DNA of 63,214 bases, the filler included, from Chiloscyllium plagiosum (Eukaryota): assembly GCF_004010195.1 (NCBI RefSeq). It is 4 parts of one record of this genome, joined end to end, with 100 filler letters (N's around TTAATTAATTAA, not from the genome) between each part and the next. Parts side by side here need not be neighbours in the genome. Positions count along the whole stretch, not along the records: positions 1 to 22,258 come from NC_057716.1; positions 22,359 to 47,475 come from NC_057716.1; 2 more parts are not named here. One strand, written 5' to 3'. Position numbers and translations under genes: made by a program. Below are positions 11,319 through 25,152 of the stretch, in pieces; the first letter of the stretch is position 1, and every line of letters begins with the position of its first letter. A model generated the notes under the pieces. That model ran no database searches. It saw only the letters and a list, made by a program, of their open reading frames with translations, and was not told the DNA's origin.

Positions 11319-12276
11319 CAGTTCTAACCATTGACCCTTCACTCCAACTCATTCCTAAGCAATGCCGTAGATGTCGTTTTATCCCTCATTCTCTGCCCCG
11401 ACTTAATCCTAACCACTGATCTTTCACCCCCTGTAGAATCGTAATCACTGAGTCTTTGCCCCAAATCAATCCTAACCACTAATGCTCCTCACTCGACGAT
11501 TAACTGGACTGACATTCGCAGTGTGGTATAGAAGGCGAGTTGGGAGATGTCATCCTCCTGGTTAGAATGTTAAACTGAACCCTGAGGCCCATGACTGAGT
11601 CATTAAAATTTCCGTGGCACTGTTTCAAAGTACTTGAGTTAGCTGCTGTGTTCTGATCAATATTTAGGCTTTCTTCATCATCATTTATCTCTGGTCATTG
11701 TCATATCAATGCCTTTTGGGAGTTTGAGGGTGTGCATTCATTGTCATGTTTCCTAAATTACAATAGTAATTATACTTCAAAAAATGTTTCCTATTTTGTA
11801 AAGTGCATTGATACGACAATGGTCTTGAGTCTTTCTTCAATTAATCCTAAACGACTGATCCTAACTCTTTACGACTGAATCCCAACTTCTAACCTTAGCC
11901 ATTGACAAAACCTTTCAATCACATTCTCCTAACTTTAACCACAATCCTAAGCCTAACACCCATAATTTATCTGTAACTCCTAACCACAGAATTCCCTAAT
12001 CCTAAAATACTAATTTAAGATCTGAACCCAAATAATAAAACCTCAAACACGTTGGTAGGGAGCACACAGCTGGCATTAGTAGTGTCATTAGTGATTGTGA
12101 CATCAAGGATGATGCAGGTTATTAAAGTGACGATTTAAAGATGCACCTAGTGTGGGACACTCTTAGTGCAAGATCATGCTCTATGACTCCATGTAAATTA
12201 GATTATTTCTTCATAGAGCACAGAAGAGGCCCCTTAGCCCATCGATTTGGCACCCAGCTCCATTTAATCTTATAGG

Positions 12277-12485
12277 CAGAAGTGTGTACTGCAGATTCTG
12301 GAGATTAGAGTCAACGTTGGAGTGGCGCTGGAAAAGCACAACAGGTCAGCATCCGAGGAGCAGGAAAAGCGACGTTTCAGGCAAAAGCCCTTCATCAGGA
12401 TTTTGCCCGAAACATCGATTTTCCTGCTTCTTGGATGCTGCCTGACCTGCTGTGCTTTTCCAGCACCACTCTAATCTTGACTCTA
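12277..12485. mobile_element. Miniature fold-back PLE pLTR insertion (family A)
   Basis: GCTGGAAAAGCAC...GCCCTTCATCAGG followed by its inverted copy TTTTGCCCGAAAC...GTGCTTTTCCAGCAC. Confidence 0.8.
12371..12398 (-). ncRNA. Minimal hammerhead ribozyme motif (family A)
   Basis: Reverse complement reads CTGATGA-A-GGGC-TTTT-GCCT-GAAAC-GTC. Confidence 0.65.
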
Positions 12486-12956
12486 TTTAATTTTGTACCT
12501 CGTTGAAAATGTAAATTCATTGCCAAGTTCACAGGGATCCAGGAATTTGGTGAAATCAGCAATCAGTTTAACCAATGACATTCAGTATTTGAGTGCTTAA
12601 CAAAGTTCTGGAATGGCAGCTTGGATAAAATACCACAATTTCATACAGACAAAATATAGTTCTAAGTTTTTTGCCATTGGAACGTTTCAGGCAAACATAT
12701 GGAAAAGGTGACCACAAGCCCATGCTTCAGATTGAAGATATCTTTAATTCATGTGTTCTGGAATCAGCATGGTGATGTGTGAACCAAAGAATTCGTGGGA
12801 TAACACCTAACATGGAGAAGGAAATTTAACATGAAATTTACTTCAAAATAGAATCAGAAACAAAAAGAAAGTGTGAAGCATTATAAAGGAGATGGGTAAG
12901 ATGGGTGGGAAACAAATAACATCAGAATAAGGGTAGTTCAAATATAGAAGGGATAA

Positions 12957-13651
12957 AGTTTGGGTGAAGATTTGTAGCTCGGGTGCTCGTTGTTGTGGTT
13001 CTGTTCGCCGAGCTGGAAATTTTTGTTGCAAACGTTTCGTCCCCTGTCTAGGTGTAACGACTTTTGGCGCGCAATTTCTTTCTGTTGTGCGCGTCTGTAA
13101 TCATTACCTGGACCATCCTGAATCCGTTCTGTCTGGCTGTGTCTCTGGCTTGTGGATTGTTGACTGGCGGTCTGTATCTGACACATGGTGGAAGGATTCG
13201 ATTCTTTCGGCATTCATGCAGGAACCGGAGTTGTTCGTATGTGGCGCTTAGGCGGTTAGCGCAGGATTCGCATTTCCTGGCTTGTCTTAGCGTCTCTCGC
13301 CCATTGGTGTTCAAAGTTTGAGTGAAGATTTGTAGCTCGGGTGCTCGTTGTTGTGGTTCTGTTCGCCGAGCTGGAAATTTTTGTTGCAAACGTTTCGTCC
13401 CCTGTCTACAACAAACTATCCTTAGTAGCCACACACGCAGACGACAAGCAACATGAATTCGACTGGTACAACACTACCATAGCGGACAGCTGAAACTGAC
13501 AACCGGAAGCGGCAGGGACAGGCCACTATAAATGCCGGAGGAAACACCACAGAACACTTCACAGGAGGCTCCCAAGCACTGAGGATGTCACCTAGACAGG
13601 GGACGAAACGTTTGCAACAAAAATTTCCAGCTCGGCGAACAGAACCACAAC
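12957..13651. mobile_element. Penelope-like element (family C): tandem and inverted pLTRs plus ORF N-terminus, 13-bp TSD
   Basis: Direct repeats 12957-13050 and 13315-13408 flank a minus-strand PLE N-terminus (QLRFLHECRKNRILPPCV); inverted 3' end 13409-13651; ATAGAAGGGATAA duplicated at 12944-12956 and 13652-13664. Confidence 0.85.
13575..13615 (+). ncRNA. Minimal hammerhead ribozyme motif (family C)
   Basis: GCA-CTGAGGA-T-GTCACCT-AGAC-AGGGGAC-GAAAC-GTT-TGC: intact core, stem II, GCA/TGC stem I. Confidence 0.75.
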
Positions 13652-13769
13652 ATAGAAGGGATAAGATTGTTTAGTATATTTAAGAGAGATTCAGAATTTT
13701 GATCTTTTGCAACTTAGGGTGATAAGGCGCAGCAGGAAAATATGAGGAAAATGTATGACAATCTAAGAT

Positions 13770-14850
13770 AACCAACAGGAAACAAAGAGTGGGGATAAAT
13801 TAGTACTTTTCTGGTTGGCAATTAGTGACGAGTGCTGTCCCTCAGGGATCAGTGTTGGGAACACAATTATTCACAATTTGCATTGAAGATTTGGAGTTGG
13901 GGACAATGTGGACTGTGTCAAAATTTGTAGATGAAACTAAAATGAGTGGTAGAGCAAAGTGTACAGAGGACTGTGAATCGTTGCAAAGGGTCTTAGATAG
14001 TTTAAGTGAGTGGGCAAAGGTCTGACAGATGGAGTACAATTTTAACAAATGTGAAGCCAACCATTTTGGTAGGAATAACAGTAAAAAGAGCTATTGCTTG
14101 AATGGTAAGAAATCGCAGCAATCTGCTGTGCAGAAGTACCAGAGTGTCCTTGTGCATGAATCACAGAAAGTTGGTCTGTAGGTACAACAGGTAATTAAGA
14201 AGGCAAATGGAAGTTTGTCCTCCATTGCTAAAGAGATTGAGTTTAAAAAGCAGGGAGGTTATGTTGCAGCTATATAGCATGCTGGTGAGGCCACATCTGG
14301 AGTACTGTGTGCAGTTTTGGTTTCCTTACTTGAGAAAGGATGTACTGATGGTGCAAGAAGGGGTGTAGAGGAGGTTCACTAGGTTGATTTTGAGTTGAGG
14401 GAGTTGGCTTATGAGGAGATACTGAGTAGACTGGAATTATATTCATTGGAATTTGGAAGAATGAGGGGAGATCTTCTAGAACCTATAAAAGTATGAAGGG
14501 AGTTGTTGAGATAGAAGCAGAGAGGATGGTTCTACTGGAAGGTGAAACTAGGACAAGAGGGCATAGTCTCAAGATTAGAGGGAGCAGATTTAGGATTGAA
14601 TTGAGAAGAAACTTCTTCACCCAGAGGGTTGTGAATCTATGGAATTCCCTGCCCAGTGAAATGGTTAAGGCTCCCTCAGTAAATGTTTTTAAAGCTAAGA
14701 TAGGTAATTTTCTGAACAGTAAAGGAATTAAGGGTTATGGTGAGAGGGCGGGTAAGTGAAGCTGAGGCCATGAAAAGATTAGCCATGATCTTATTGAATG
14801 GTGAAGCAGGCTCAAAGCACAGATGGCCCACTCCTGCTCCTAGTTCATAT
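13770..14850 (+). mobile_element. CR1 LINE 3' portion
   Basis: [35 protein letters not shown]. Confidence 0.9.
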
Positions 14851-14879
14851 GTTATTATGTTCATCAGGTTTGGAGAGTA

Positions 14880-16900
14880 TATAAGACCATAAGACACAGA
14901 AGCAGAAATTAGACCGTTCAGCCCATTGAGTCTGCTCTGCCTTTCAGTCATGGCTGATAAGTTTATTAACCCCATTTACCCGCTTTCTCCTTGATCCCCT
15001 TAACAATCAAGTACCTATCTATCTCAGTCTTAAATATACTCAGTGACCTGGCCTCCACATCCTACTGTGGCAATGAATTCCATAGATTCACCACACTTTG
15101 GCTGAAGAAGTTTCCCCTTATCTCCTTTCCAAAAGGTCTTTCCTTAACTCTAAGGCTATGCTCTAGGTCCTAGTCTCTCCTACCAATGGAAACATCTTCC
15201 CAATGTCCACTCTGTCCAGGCCATTCAGTATACTGTATGTTTCAATTAGATCCCCCCCATTCTTCTAAACTCTTATCGAGTGTAAATCCAGAGTCCTCAA
15301 ACATTCCTTATATATTAACCTTTTCATTCTTGGGACCATTCTCGTGAACCTCTTTGAACACGCACTAGGGCTTGTGAGGCCCAAACCTTCCTGAGGTTTG
15401 GGCCCCACAACTGCGCACAGTACTCCAGATGTGATCTGATCAGAGCTTTATAGAGCCTCAGAGGTGCATCCCTGCTTTTATATTCAAATCCTTTCAAAAT
15501 AAGTGCCATCATTGCATATGCCTTCCTAACTATTGATTCAGTCTGCAAGGTTACCTTGAGAGAATCCTGGACTAAAACTCCCAACTCTCTTTGCACTTCA
15601 GACTTTTGAATTTTCTCCCCATTTAGAAAATATTCTATGCCTGTATTCTTCCTACCAAAGTGCACAATCTCACGCTTTCCAACGTTGTGTTCCATCTGCC
15701 ACTTGTTTGCCCACTCTAGTAATCTGTTCAAATCCTTCCGCAGCCTCCACATCTCATCAGTGCTACCTGTCCCTGTATTGTCTGCAAACCTAACCAGAAT
15801 GCCATCAGTTCCTTCATCTAGATTGTTAATTTATTAAGTGAAAAGTTGTGGTCCAAACACTGAGCCGTGCGGACCACTGGCTGCCATCCTGAGAAGGACC
15901 TTCTTAATCCCCACTCTCTCTACTTTCTGCCAGACAGCCAAGCTTCTATCTATGCTAACACGTTGTTGCTAACGCCATTGGCCCTTCTCTTACTCAGCAA
16001 CCTCCTGTGCGACATCTTGTCATAGGCTTTCTTGAAGGCCAGGTAGATAACTGCCATTGGCTGTCCCTTGCTCTAACCTGCTCATTACTTCCTCAAAGAT
16101 TTCTAGCAGATTTGTCAGGCATGACCTCTCCTTGAAGAAACTCTACTGACTTTGCTCTATTTTGCCAAGTATTCAGAAATGTCATCCTTCGCAATGGATT
16201 CTGGGATCTTACCTATGACCGAGATTGGGCTAATTGGTCTGTAATTTTCTGTCTTTTGCCTTACTCCCTTTTTAAATAGGGGTGCCATGTCAGCAATTTT
16301 CCAGTTCTCTGGGACCCTCCCTGATTCTAGTGCTTCCTGAAAGATCACCACTATGCCTTTCCTATCAATGTATTTATCCAAATGCCTTTTAAATGTTGTT
16401 AATGTACCCACCTCAACCACTTCCACTGCCAGCTCAATCCATGTGCATACCACCCTCTGTGTGAAAAAGTTGCCCCTCAGGTTCCCTTTTATTCTTTCCC
16501 CTCTAACCTTAAACTGATGCCCTGTAGTGCTTTATTCCCCAGCCCTGGAAAGAATGCTGAGTGCATTCACCCTATCCATGCCTCTCATGATCTTATACAT
16601 TTCTTCTATAAGATTCCCCCCTCAGTCTCCTGTGCTCTAAAGAAAAATGTCCTAGCTTGTCCAAACTCTCCCTTTAGCTCAGAGTCCAGGTAAATTTCTT
16701 CTGCACTCTCTACAGTTTAATAACATCCTTCCTACAGGAAGGTGACTAAAACTAAACACAATATTCCAAGTGCGAGGTTCTATACAACTTCAACATAATT
16801 TCTCAGTGTCCAGACTGATGATGGCCAGTATGCCAAAAGCCGTCTTCACTGCACTGTCTACCTGCGACTCCACTTTCAGAGAATTGCACACTCGAACTCT
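14880..16900 (-). mobile_element. CR1 LINE fragments (nested)
   Basis: Minus ORFs WANKWQME, RSHLEYCAQLW, ENYRPISPIS. Confidence 0.88.
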
Positions 16901-17589
16901 GTCTCTTTGTTAAAGTGTAGATTTGAGACGGCTCAGGGAAGCCCTTGTGGACTCAGACCTGTATGCCTCTCTCATGGTTCGTCCCGGAGAGCGTACTGTT
17001 TGGTGGTATGGAATAAAACAGCTCTTACAGTTTAGTTTAATTTTAATCATTCCTTTCATTTAGTAATAGCATCACATAGATATAACACTGATATCTATAA
17101 ACCAGACTAACTGGATTCTCATAATCCAGGAGAGTAAAACATCAGCTCTTCGAGAGCCCTGGCAGGCTACTCTGTCATACTATCAAAAACAGACTGCTTT
17201 TATACACACATTTACAAAGGCGTTATTGTCACAAACACAAAAGTTAACGAAAGCACTGCATGTTCTGAACTAGACAGGTAATAGCGAAGGACAATAATTC
17301 AAGAGAGAAATTAATTTGATACCGTGTTTTGTTCTGAGATCAGAATTAAACGTTGTTTATTAATTTCACAAAGGAACAGCTGTGAATGTTATCACTCAGT
17401 GTCTTGTTTATACAGATTTGCTGATGTTAAGGCAACTGTTCTTAATTATCTTATCTTCCCTGCCATATCGTTTTATAGTATGCAACAAATGTGTTCTATA
17501 ATTCAAAATTACATTTTCGTCCAAATGTTTAAGGACAACATTGAAGGCTATAAACTTTCTCACTTCTGCTCCACTACACTCCTTAATGC

Positions 17590-20500
17590 CCTCCCATTTA
17601 CCATGAAACTCCGACCTTGATTTGCATTTCCAACATACGTGACCTCACACTTATCTCTATTAAATGTCATTTACCATTTCTTGGCCCACTTTCCTAGCTG
17701 ATCAAAGTCCTGCTACATTCTCATCCAAATCATTGATATAGATAAAAAAACAGCAATGGACTGTGCACCAACCCCTGAGGCACTCCACTAGTCACAGGCC
17801 TCTAGTCCGATAAGCATCCTTCTCTTATTGCCTTGATGGTAGGAAGCTGATGGTAATTGCGATTCCAATTTGGCAGCTCCCCTAGGATTCCATGCAATCC
17901 TAACCTTCCAGAGCAGCCTACCATGTGGAACTTTATCAAAGACCATGCTGAAATCCATTTAGACGATGTCTACCGCCCTGCCCTCATCAGCCTCTCTGGT
18001 CAAGAACATAAAACAGTACAGCACAGTACAGGCGCTTTAGCCCTTGATGTTGTGCCAACCTTTTATCCTACTCTAAGATCAAACCAACCGACATACCCTT
18101 CATTTTACTATCATCCATGTGTCTATCCAAGAGTCGCTTATATGTCCCTAATGTATCTGACTCTACTACCACTGCTGGTAGTGCATTCCACACACCCACC
18201 ACTCTGTGTAAAGGACCCATTACACTGACATCTCTCCTAAACCTTCCTCCAATCACCTGAAATTATGCCCCGGCTTGATAGCCATTTCCACCCTGGGAGA
18301 AAGTCTCTGGTTATTGGCTCTATCTATGCCTCTCCTCGTCTTGTACACCTCTGCCAAGTCACCTCTCATCCTTCTTTGCTCCAGTGAGAAAAACCCTAAC
18401 TCCTTCAACCTTTGTTATGACTCCCTTTAGTCCAGGCAGCATCCTGGTAAATCTCTTGTGCACCCTATCTTAAGCTTTCACATCTTTCCTATAATGAGGC
18501 ATCCAGAACTGAACACAATATTCCAAGTAAGCTGTAACTGGAGCTTTATAGAGCTGCAGCATAACCTCGCGGCTCTTAAACTCAATCCTCCTGCTAATGA
18601 AAGCCAACACACCATACGCCTTCTTAACGCCCTAATCAACTTGGGTGGTAATTTTGATGGATCTATGGATGTGGACCCCAAGATCCTCTGTTCCTCCACA
18701 CTGCCAAGAATCCTACCTTTAAACCTGTATTCTGCATTCAAATTCAACCTTCCAAAATGAATGACTTCACACTTTTCTGGGTTGAATGCCATCTGCCACT
18801 TCTCAGCTGTGTTCTGCATCCTGTCAATGTCCCGTTGCAACATACAACAGCCCTCCATACTATCCACCACTCCACCAACCTTCGTGCCATTGGCAAACTT
18901 ACTAACCCACCCTTCTACTTTTCATGCAATCATTTATAAAAATCACAAAATGCAGAGGTCCCAGAACAGAACCCTGTAGAACACTACTGGTCACTGAGCT
19001 GTAGGCTGAATACTTTCCGTCAGCTACCACACTCTGTCTTCTATGGGCCAGCTAATTTAGTATCCAGGCAGCTAAATTTCTTTGTATCCCATGCCTCCTT
19101 ACTTTCTGAATGAGCCTGCCAAGGGAAGCCTTTAATATCTATGTATACTACATCCATTGCTCTACCTTTATCAATGTGTTTTGTCAGATCCTCAATGAAT
19201 TCAATAAGGATTGTGAGGCATGACCTGCTGCTCTCACAGCCATGCTGACTATCTCTAATCAAGCTATGCTTTTTCAAATAATCATAAATCCTGTCTCTCA
19301 CAATCCTCTCCAATAATTTGCCCAACACTGACGTAAGACTGACTGGTCTGTAATTCCCAGGGTTATCCATATTCCCTTTCTTGAACAAGAGAATAACATT
19401 TACCACCCTCCAATCATCTGGTACTACTCCAATAGACAATGATGAGACACAGATTATTACCAAAGACACAGCAATCCCTTCCTGCAGTAACATTGGGTAT
19501 GTGCCATCTGGCCTACGCTTTTCAAAGTTTCCAGCATATCCTCTTCTTAACATCAACCTGTTCGAACATATCAGCCTGTTTCATGCTGTCCTCACAAATG
19601 ACAAGGTTCCTCTCAGTAGTGAATATTGAAGCAAAGTATTTCTTAAGGACCTTCCCTACTACCTCCGACTCCAGGCACAAGTTCCCTCCACTATCCCTCA
19701 GTTTGCCCATCCTCTTGTTCCTCACATAAGTGTAGAATGCCTTGGGGTTTTCCTTCATCCTACCTGCCAAGGCATTTTTTATGCCACCTCTAGCTTTCCT
19801 AAGTCCAATCTTCAGTTCCTTCCTGGCTACTTCTGAAGCCCTGTCTGATTCTTGCTTCCTCAACCTTAAAGATTATAGAATCCTTACTGTGTGGAAACGG
19901 GGCGGGAAGATAGTTACTCAAGGCTGGAATTGAACCCGGGTCCTTGGCATTGTGAGGTAGCAGTGCTAACCACTGAGCCACTGTGCCACTCATATGTAAA
20001 CTTCCTCCTTCATCTTGACTAGATATTCCACATTTCTTGTCATGCAAGGTTCTTTCACCTTTCAATCCCTTCCTTGCCTCAGTGGGAAAAACCTAACTAG
20101 CACTCGTAGCTATACACTCTCCTTATTTTTGTCATGCATCTCCCTGAGTATACCTGATCCCAATTTATGCTCCACAGTTCCTGCCTAATAGCATTGTAAA
20201 TCCCCCTCCCTCAATTAAATACTTTCCTATACCATCTCCTAATCCTCTCCATGACTATAGTAAAGGTCCGGGAGTTGTGATCACTATCACTGAAATGTTC
20301 TCCCGCCGAAAGATCTGACACCTGACCTGGTTCGTTGCCAAGCAGTATGGCCCCCTCTCTAGTCCCCCTATCTACATATCTACACACCTAACAAAATCTG
20401 CTCCGTCCAAACTATTTGCAGTAAGGAGGTTCCAGTCAATATTAGGGAAGTTGACAACAACCCTGTTACTTCTGCACCCTTCTGAAATCTGCGTGCCAAA

Positions 20501-21850
20501 CTGCTCCTTCGTGTTTCTGTTGCTCTTGGAGGGTCTATGGAAAACTCCCATTAAGCAACTGCTCTTTTCCTGTTTCTGAGTTCCACACATAATGACTCCG
20601 TAAACAAACCCCTCTCGATTACCTCCCTTTCCACTGCTCTTATACTACTACCTGATTAATAGTGCCATTCCTCTATCTCTTTTATTTCCCCCACTTCCTT
20701 TGAAACATCTAAAGCCCAGAACATCCAACAACCATTCTGCCTCTATGATATTCAAGTCTCTGTAATGGCCACAACATTGTGACAACATGGTCACTTCATC
20801 AAAGAACTGTAACAAGTTTGTGAGGCATGATCTCCCATGCACAAAGCTATGCTGACTGCTCCTAATCAAACCCTGTTTTTCCAAATGCATGTATAACTTA
20901 TCTCTCAGAATCTTCTCAATTAACCTAGCCACTACAGATTTTAAGGCTTACTAGCCTCTGGTTCCCAGATTTTTCTTTGCAGCCCTCCTTGAATAAGGGC
21001 ACAACATTCACTACCCTACAGTCTTCAGGGACCTCACCCATGGTTAACGATGCAAAAATAACAGCCAGCACCCCCATAATGTCTTCTCTAGCCTCATGCA
21101 GTGTTCTTGGATATATCTAGTCAGGACCAAGAGATTTATCCACCTTCTTACATTCTAGTATGTCCAAGACCACCACCAACTGTGATATGGACTGTCCACA
21201 AGATATCCCCACTAACTTCCTCAAGTTCCCAATTTTTCATGTCTTTCTCCACAGTAAACAAAGGAGAAATATTCAATGATGACCGTGCCCGTCTCCTGTG
21301 GCTCTACACATACATGTTAGTTTGCCCTCGTAGTTGGTCTTTTCTGTCTATTCTCTTTTAGTCCTCCTTTGCTGGATTCTGAATTTACCCCAGTCTTTGA
21401 GGCTATCACTGACGTAGACCTTATATGTTTTTCTTTCAACTTAATACTCTCCATGACTTCCTTGGTTCGCCATGATTGGCTTATCCTTCTCTGAGACTTT
21501 CCTTCTTATTGGGACTTTTCTTTTTGCTGAATTGCCTCCTTAATGTCTGCCACTGCTTTCTTACTGTCTAGAAGACCACAAGATACAGGAGCAGAAGTAA
21601 GCCATTTGTGCCATTGAGTCTGCTCTGCTATTCGATCCTGGCTGATGTTTCTCAACCTTATTCCCCTTCCTTCTCCCTGTAATCCTTGATTGTCCTTACT
21701 AAACATAGAGTCATAGAGATGTACAACATGGAAACTGACCCTTTGGTCCAACTCGTCCATGCCGACCAGATATCCTGACCTAATCTAGTCCCATTTACTA
21801 GCGCTTGGCTCTTATTCCTCTAAACCCATACCCATCCAGGTCCTTTTAAA
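17590..21850 (-). mobile_element. Nested CR1 LINE fragments with a partial HE1-type SINE (~19875-19990)
   Basis: Minus ORFs AEKWQMAFNPEKCEV, NPGNYRPVSLTSV, QHSFVHGRSCLTNL, NFPNIDW. Confidence 0.85.
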
Positions 21851-21869
21851 TACTGTATTTGTACCAGCT

Positions 21870-22460
21870 TCTGGATCAGTGGTGCTGGAAGAGCACAGCA
21901 ATTCAGGCAGCATCCGACGAGCAGCAAAATTGACGTTTTGGGCAAAAGCCCTTCATCAGGAATAAAGGCAGAGAGCCTGAAGCGTGGAGAGATAAGCTAG
22001 AGGAGGGTGGGGAGAAAGTAGCATAGAGTACAATAGGTGAGTGGGGGAGGAGATGAAGGTGATAGGTCAGGGAGGAGAGGGCGGAGTGGATAGGTGGAAA
22101 AGGAGCTAGGCAGGTCGGACAAGTCCGGACAAGTCAAGGGGACAATGCGGAGCTGGAAGTTGGAAACTAGGATGAGGTGGGGGAAGGGGAAATGAGGAAG
22201 CTGTTGAAGTCCACATTGATGCCCTGGGGTTGAAGTGTTCCGAGGCAGAAGATGAGGCNNNNNNNNNNNNNNNNNNNNNNNNNNNNNNNNNNNNNNNNNN
22301 NNTTAATTAATTAANNNNNNNNNNNNNNNNNNNNNNNNNNNNNNNNNNNNNNNNNNNNCTTTCCTCATTCCTGAAGAAGGGCTCATGCCCGAAACGTCGA
22401 TTCTCCTGCTCCTTGGATGCTGCCTGACCTGCTGTGCTTTTCCAGCAACACATTTTCAGC
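21870..22460. mobile_element. PLE 3' ends (family A) on both sides of a 100-bp gap
   Basis: Matches 1-310 on the left; plus-strand pLTR with hammerhead on the right. Confidence 0.8.
22371..22398 (+). ncRNA. Minimal hammerhead ribozyme motif (family A, intact)
   Basis: CTGAAGA-A-GGGC-TCAT-GCCC-GAAAC-GTC. Confidence 0.75.
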
Positions 22461-22529
22461 TACTAATATGATCAGTGCCTGGGAGGTGATTCTGGCAGGT
22501 CTGGGAAAGATCTTATGTTCAAACAATTT

Positions 22530-22960
22530 AATTGAATTAAATTTATTGTCACGTGGACCGAGGCACAGTGAAAAGCTTTGTCTTGTGGTCAATACAGGCA
22601 GATCATATAGTTAAGGAGCATAGATAAGTAAATAATAGGTAAACAAAACAAACACACAGGTACAGGCGAATGTTAAGAGTTTGTGAGTCCATTCAGTATT
22701 CTAACAACAGTAGGGGAGGAACTGTTTCGAAACCAGCTGGTGCATGTGTTCAGGCTTCTGTACCTTCTCCCCGATGGTAGAGGTTATGGAAAAACATTGC
22801 CAGGGTGGGATGGATCTTTGAGAATGCTGGTGGCCTTTCCTTGACAGCGGGCCTGGTAGGTGGATTCTATAGATGGGAGGTTGGCCTTTGTGATTGTCTG
22901 GGCCGAGTTCGCCCCTCTCTGTAACCGTCTCCGATCTTGAATGGTACAGTTGTCATACCA
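22530..22960 (-). mobile_element. Rex1/Babar-type non-LTR retrotransposon 3' fragment
   Basis: Minus strand reads ...KATSILKDPSHPG...LPSGRRYRSL...FRNS, a typical C-terminus. Confidence 0.7.
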
Positions 22961-23824
22961 GATGGCAGATGTTAAATGGTAATTGAAGCCTTGGGAAAGG
23001 ATAGTCAGTCCACCGGGGAGGAACCAGAGTTGGAGTTGTTTTTGGATTGTGTTTTTTGAAAGAGATGATCTTTGTTAGTATGAAGCAGCATGATGAATTG
23101 AAAGCTACTTGCTTAATTTCCCAGACCAGCTTTTGAAAGCCCAGAGAGTAGAAAGCTGAGTTAGATGTATTACTACCTTTGCCTAAATGAACTGGGAAGG
23201 TGACCCCAATTGGTTGCTCCTGAAAAGGACTCCACATCTACGCCTGTCAAACAATTTCCGTGGAGTGGTGGGGGCTGAGGGGTGTTTCTTTTGAGGTTTA
23301 TAAAATCATGAGGGGCAAGGAATATAAGTATTCTGCAGAGAGAGGCATTTGCTGAAGCTTCTCATCTGCACCGATAAAGGAAAATGCAAAGATGCCAAAT
23401 TTCAAATGAACTAAACAACTGATATTAGAAGAAAACAGTATACCGATTAGTTGCGTCATGACCTGCTGACAGAGAGCTGAACCAAATCAGCCTTTCTACC
23501 TCTGTATTTACAACACAGTAAACTAAATCATCAGAGACACCCAATAGTCACGACAATGGGTCCTAACAAGAGTTTTCAACAATCAATCCCAGACTTTATG
23601 AATAATTAATTCCAGACACTGTTTTTGTATCTCAAAGAAGAAATTTAACTACTTAGCAAATACACAGTAACTTCAGCACAGAAAAACAATTAAACAACAA
23701 GGTAATCTGATTAAAAACTGAAAGAACTATGGATGCTGTAAATTAGAAACAAAAACAGAAGTTGCTGGAAAAGCTCAGCACTTAACTTTGATTTCTCTTT
23801 ACAGATGCTGCCAGACCTACTCAG

Positions 23825-25152
23825 TAAAAACAATGACTGCAGATGCTGGAAACCAGAGTCTAGATTAGAATGGTGCTGGAAGAGCACAGCAGGTCAGGCA
23901 GCATCCGAGGAGCAGTAAAATCGACGTTTTGGGCAAAAGCCCTTCATCAAGAATACAGGCAGAGAGCCTGAAGGGTGGAGAGATAAGTGAGAGGAGGGTG
24001 GGGGTGNNNNNNNNNNNNNNNNNNNNNNNNNNNNNNNNNNNNNNNNNNNNNNNNNNNNNNNNNNNNNNNNNNNNNNNNNNNNNNNNNNNNNNNNNNNNNN
24101 NNNNNNNNNNNNNNNNNNNNNNNNNNNNNNNNNNNNNNNNNNNNNNNNNNNNNNNNNNNNNNNNNNNNNNNNNNNNNNNNNNNNNNNNNNNNNNNNNNNN
24201 NNNNNNNNNNNNNNNNNNNNNNNNNNNNNNNNNNNNNNNNNNNNNNNNNNNNNNNNNNNNNNNNNNNNNNNNNNNNNNNNNNNNNNNNNNNNNNNNNNNN
24301 NNNNNNNNNNNNNNNNNNNNNNNNNNNNNNNNNNNNNNNNNNNNNNNNNNNNNNNNNNNNNNNNNNNNNNNNNNNNNNNNNNNNNNNNNNNNNNNNNNNN
24401 NNNNNNNNNNNNNNNNNNNNNNNNNNNNNNNNNNNNNNNNNNNNNNNNNNNNNNNNNNNNNNNNNNNNNNNNNNNNNNNNNNNNNNNNNNNNNNNNNNNN
24501 NNNNNNNNNNNNNNNNNNNNNNNNNNNNNNNNNNNNNNNNNNNNNNNNNNNNNNNNNNNNNNNNNNNNNNNNNNNNNNNNNNNNNNNNNNNNNNNNNNNN
24601 NNNNNNNNNNNNNNNNNNNNNNNNNNNNNNNNNNNNNNNNNNNNNNNNNNNNNNNNNNNNNNNNNNNNNNNNNNNNNNNNNNNNNNNNNNNNNNNNNNNN
24701 NNNNNNNNNNNNNNNNNNNNNNNNNNNNNNNNNNNNNNNNNNNNNNNNNNNNNNNNNNNNNNNNNNNNNNNNNNNNNNNNNNNNNNNNNNNNNNNNNNNN
24801 NNNNNNNNNNNNNNNNNNNNNNNNNNNNNNNNNNNNNNNNNNNNNNNNNNNNNNNNNNNNNNNNNNNNNNNNNNNNNNNNNNNNNNNNNNNNNNNNNNNN
24901 NNNNNNNNNNNNNNNNNNNNNNNNNNNNNNNNNNNNNNNNNNNNNNNNNNNNNNNNNNNNCCCCTGACCTATCACCTTCATCCCCTCCCCCACTCACCTA
25001 TTGTACTCTATGCTACTTTCTCCCCACCCCCACCCTCCTCTCACTTATCTCTCCACCCTTCAGGCTCTCTGCCTGTATTCCTGATGAAGGGCTTTTACCG
25101 CTCCTCGGATGCTGCCTGAACTGCTGTGCTCTTCCAGCACCACTAATCCAGA
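23825..25152. mobile_element. PLE (family A) with inverted pLTRs spanning gap 24007-24960
   Basis: 23870-24006 and 25020-25152 are mutual inverted repeats. Confidence 0.75.

Noticed and set aside
12957..13651. CRISPR-like direct repeats
   Set aside because: Eukaryotic context; the repeats are Penelope pLTRs with TSDs.
16921..17000. Candidate exon 2 of the IF-like gene (R|FETAQGS...)
   Set aside because: No heptad pattern, wrong size and weak splice sites; region looks like an LTR or other repeat remnant.
22259..22358. TTAATTAATTAA embedded in N runs (also 47520-47531, 60804-60815)
   Set aside because: Identical 100-bp N/stop-codon spacer at three places; a scaffolding artefact, not biology.
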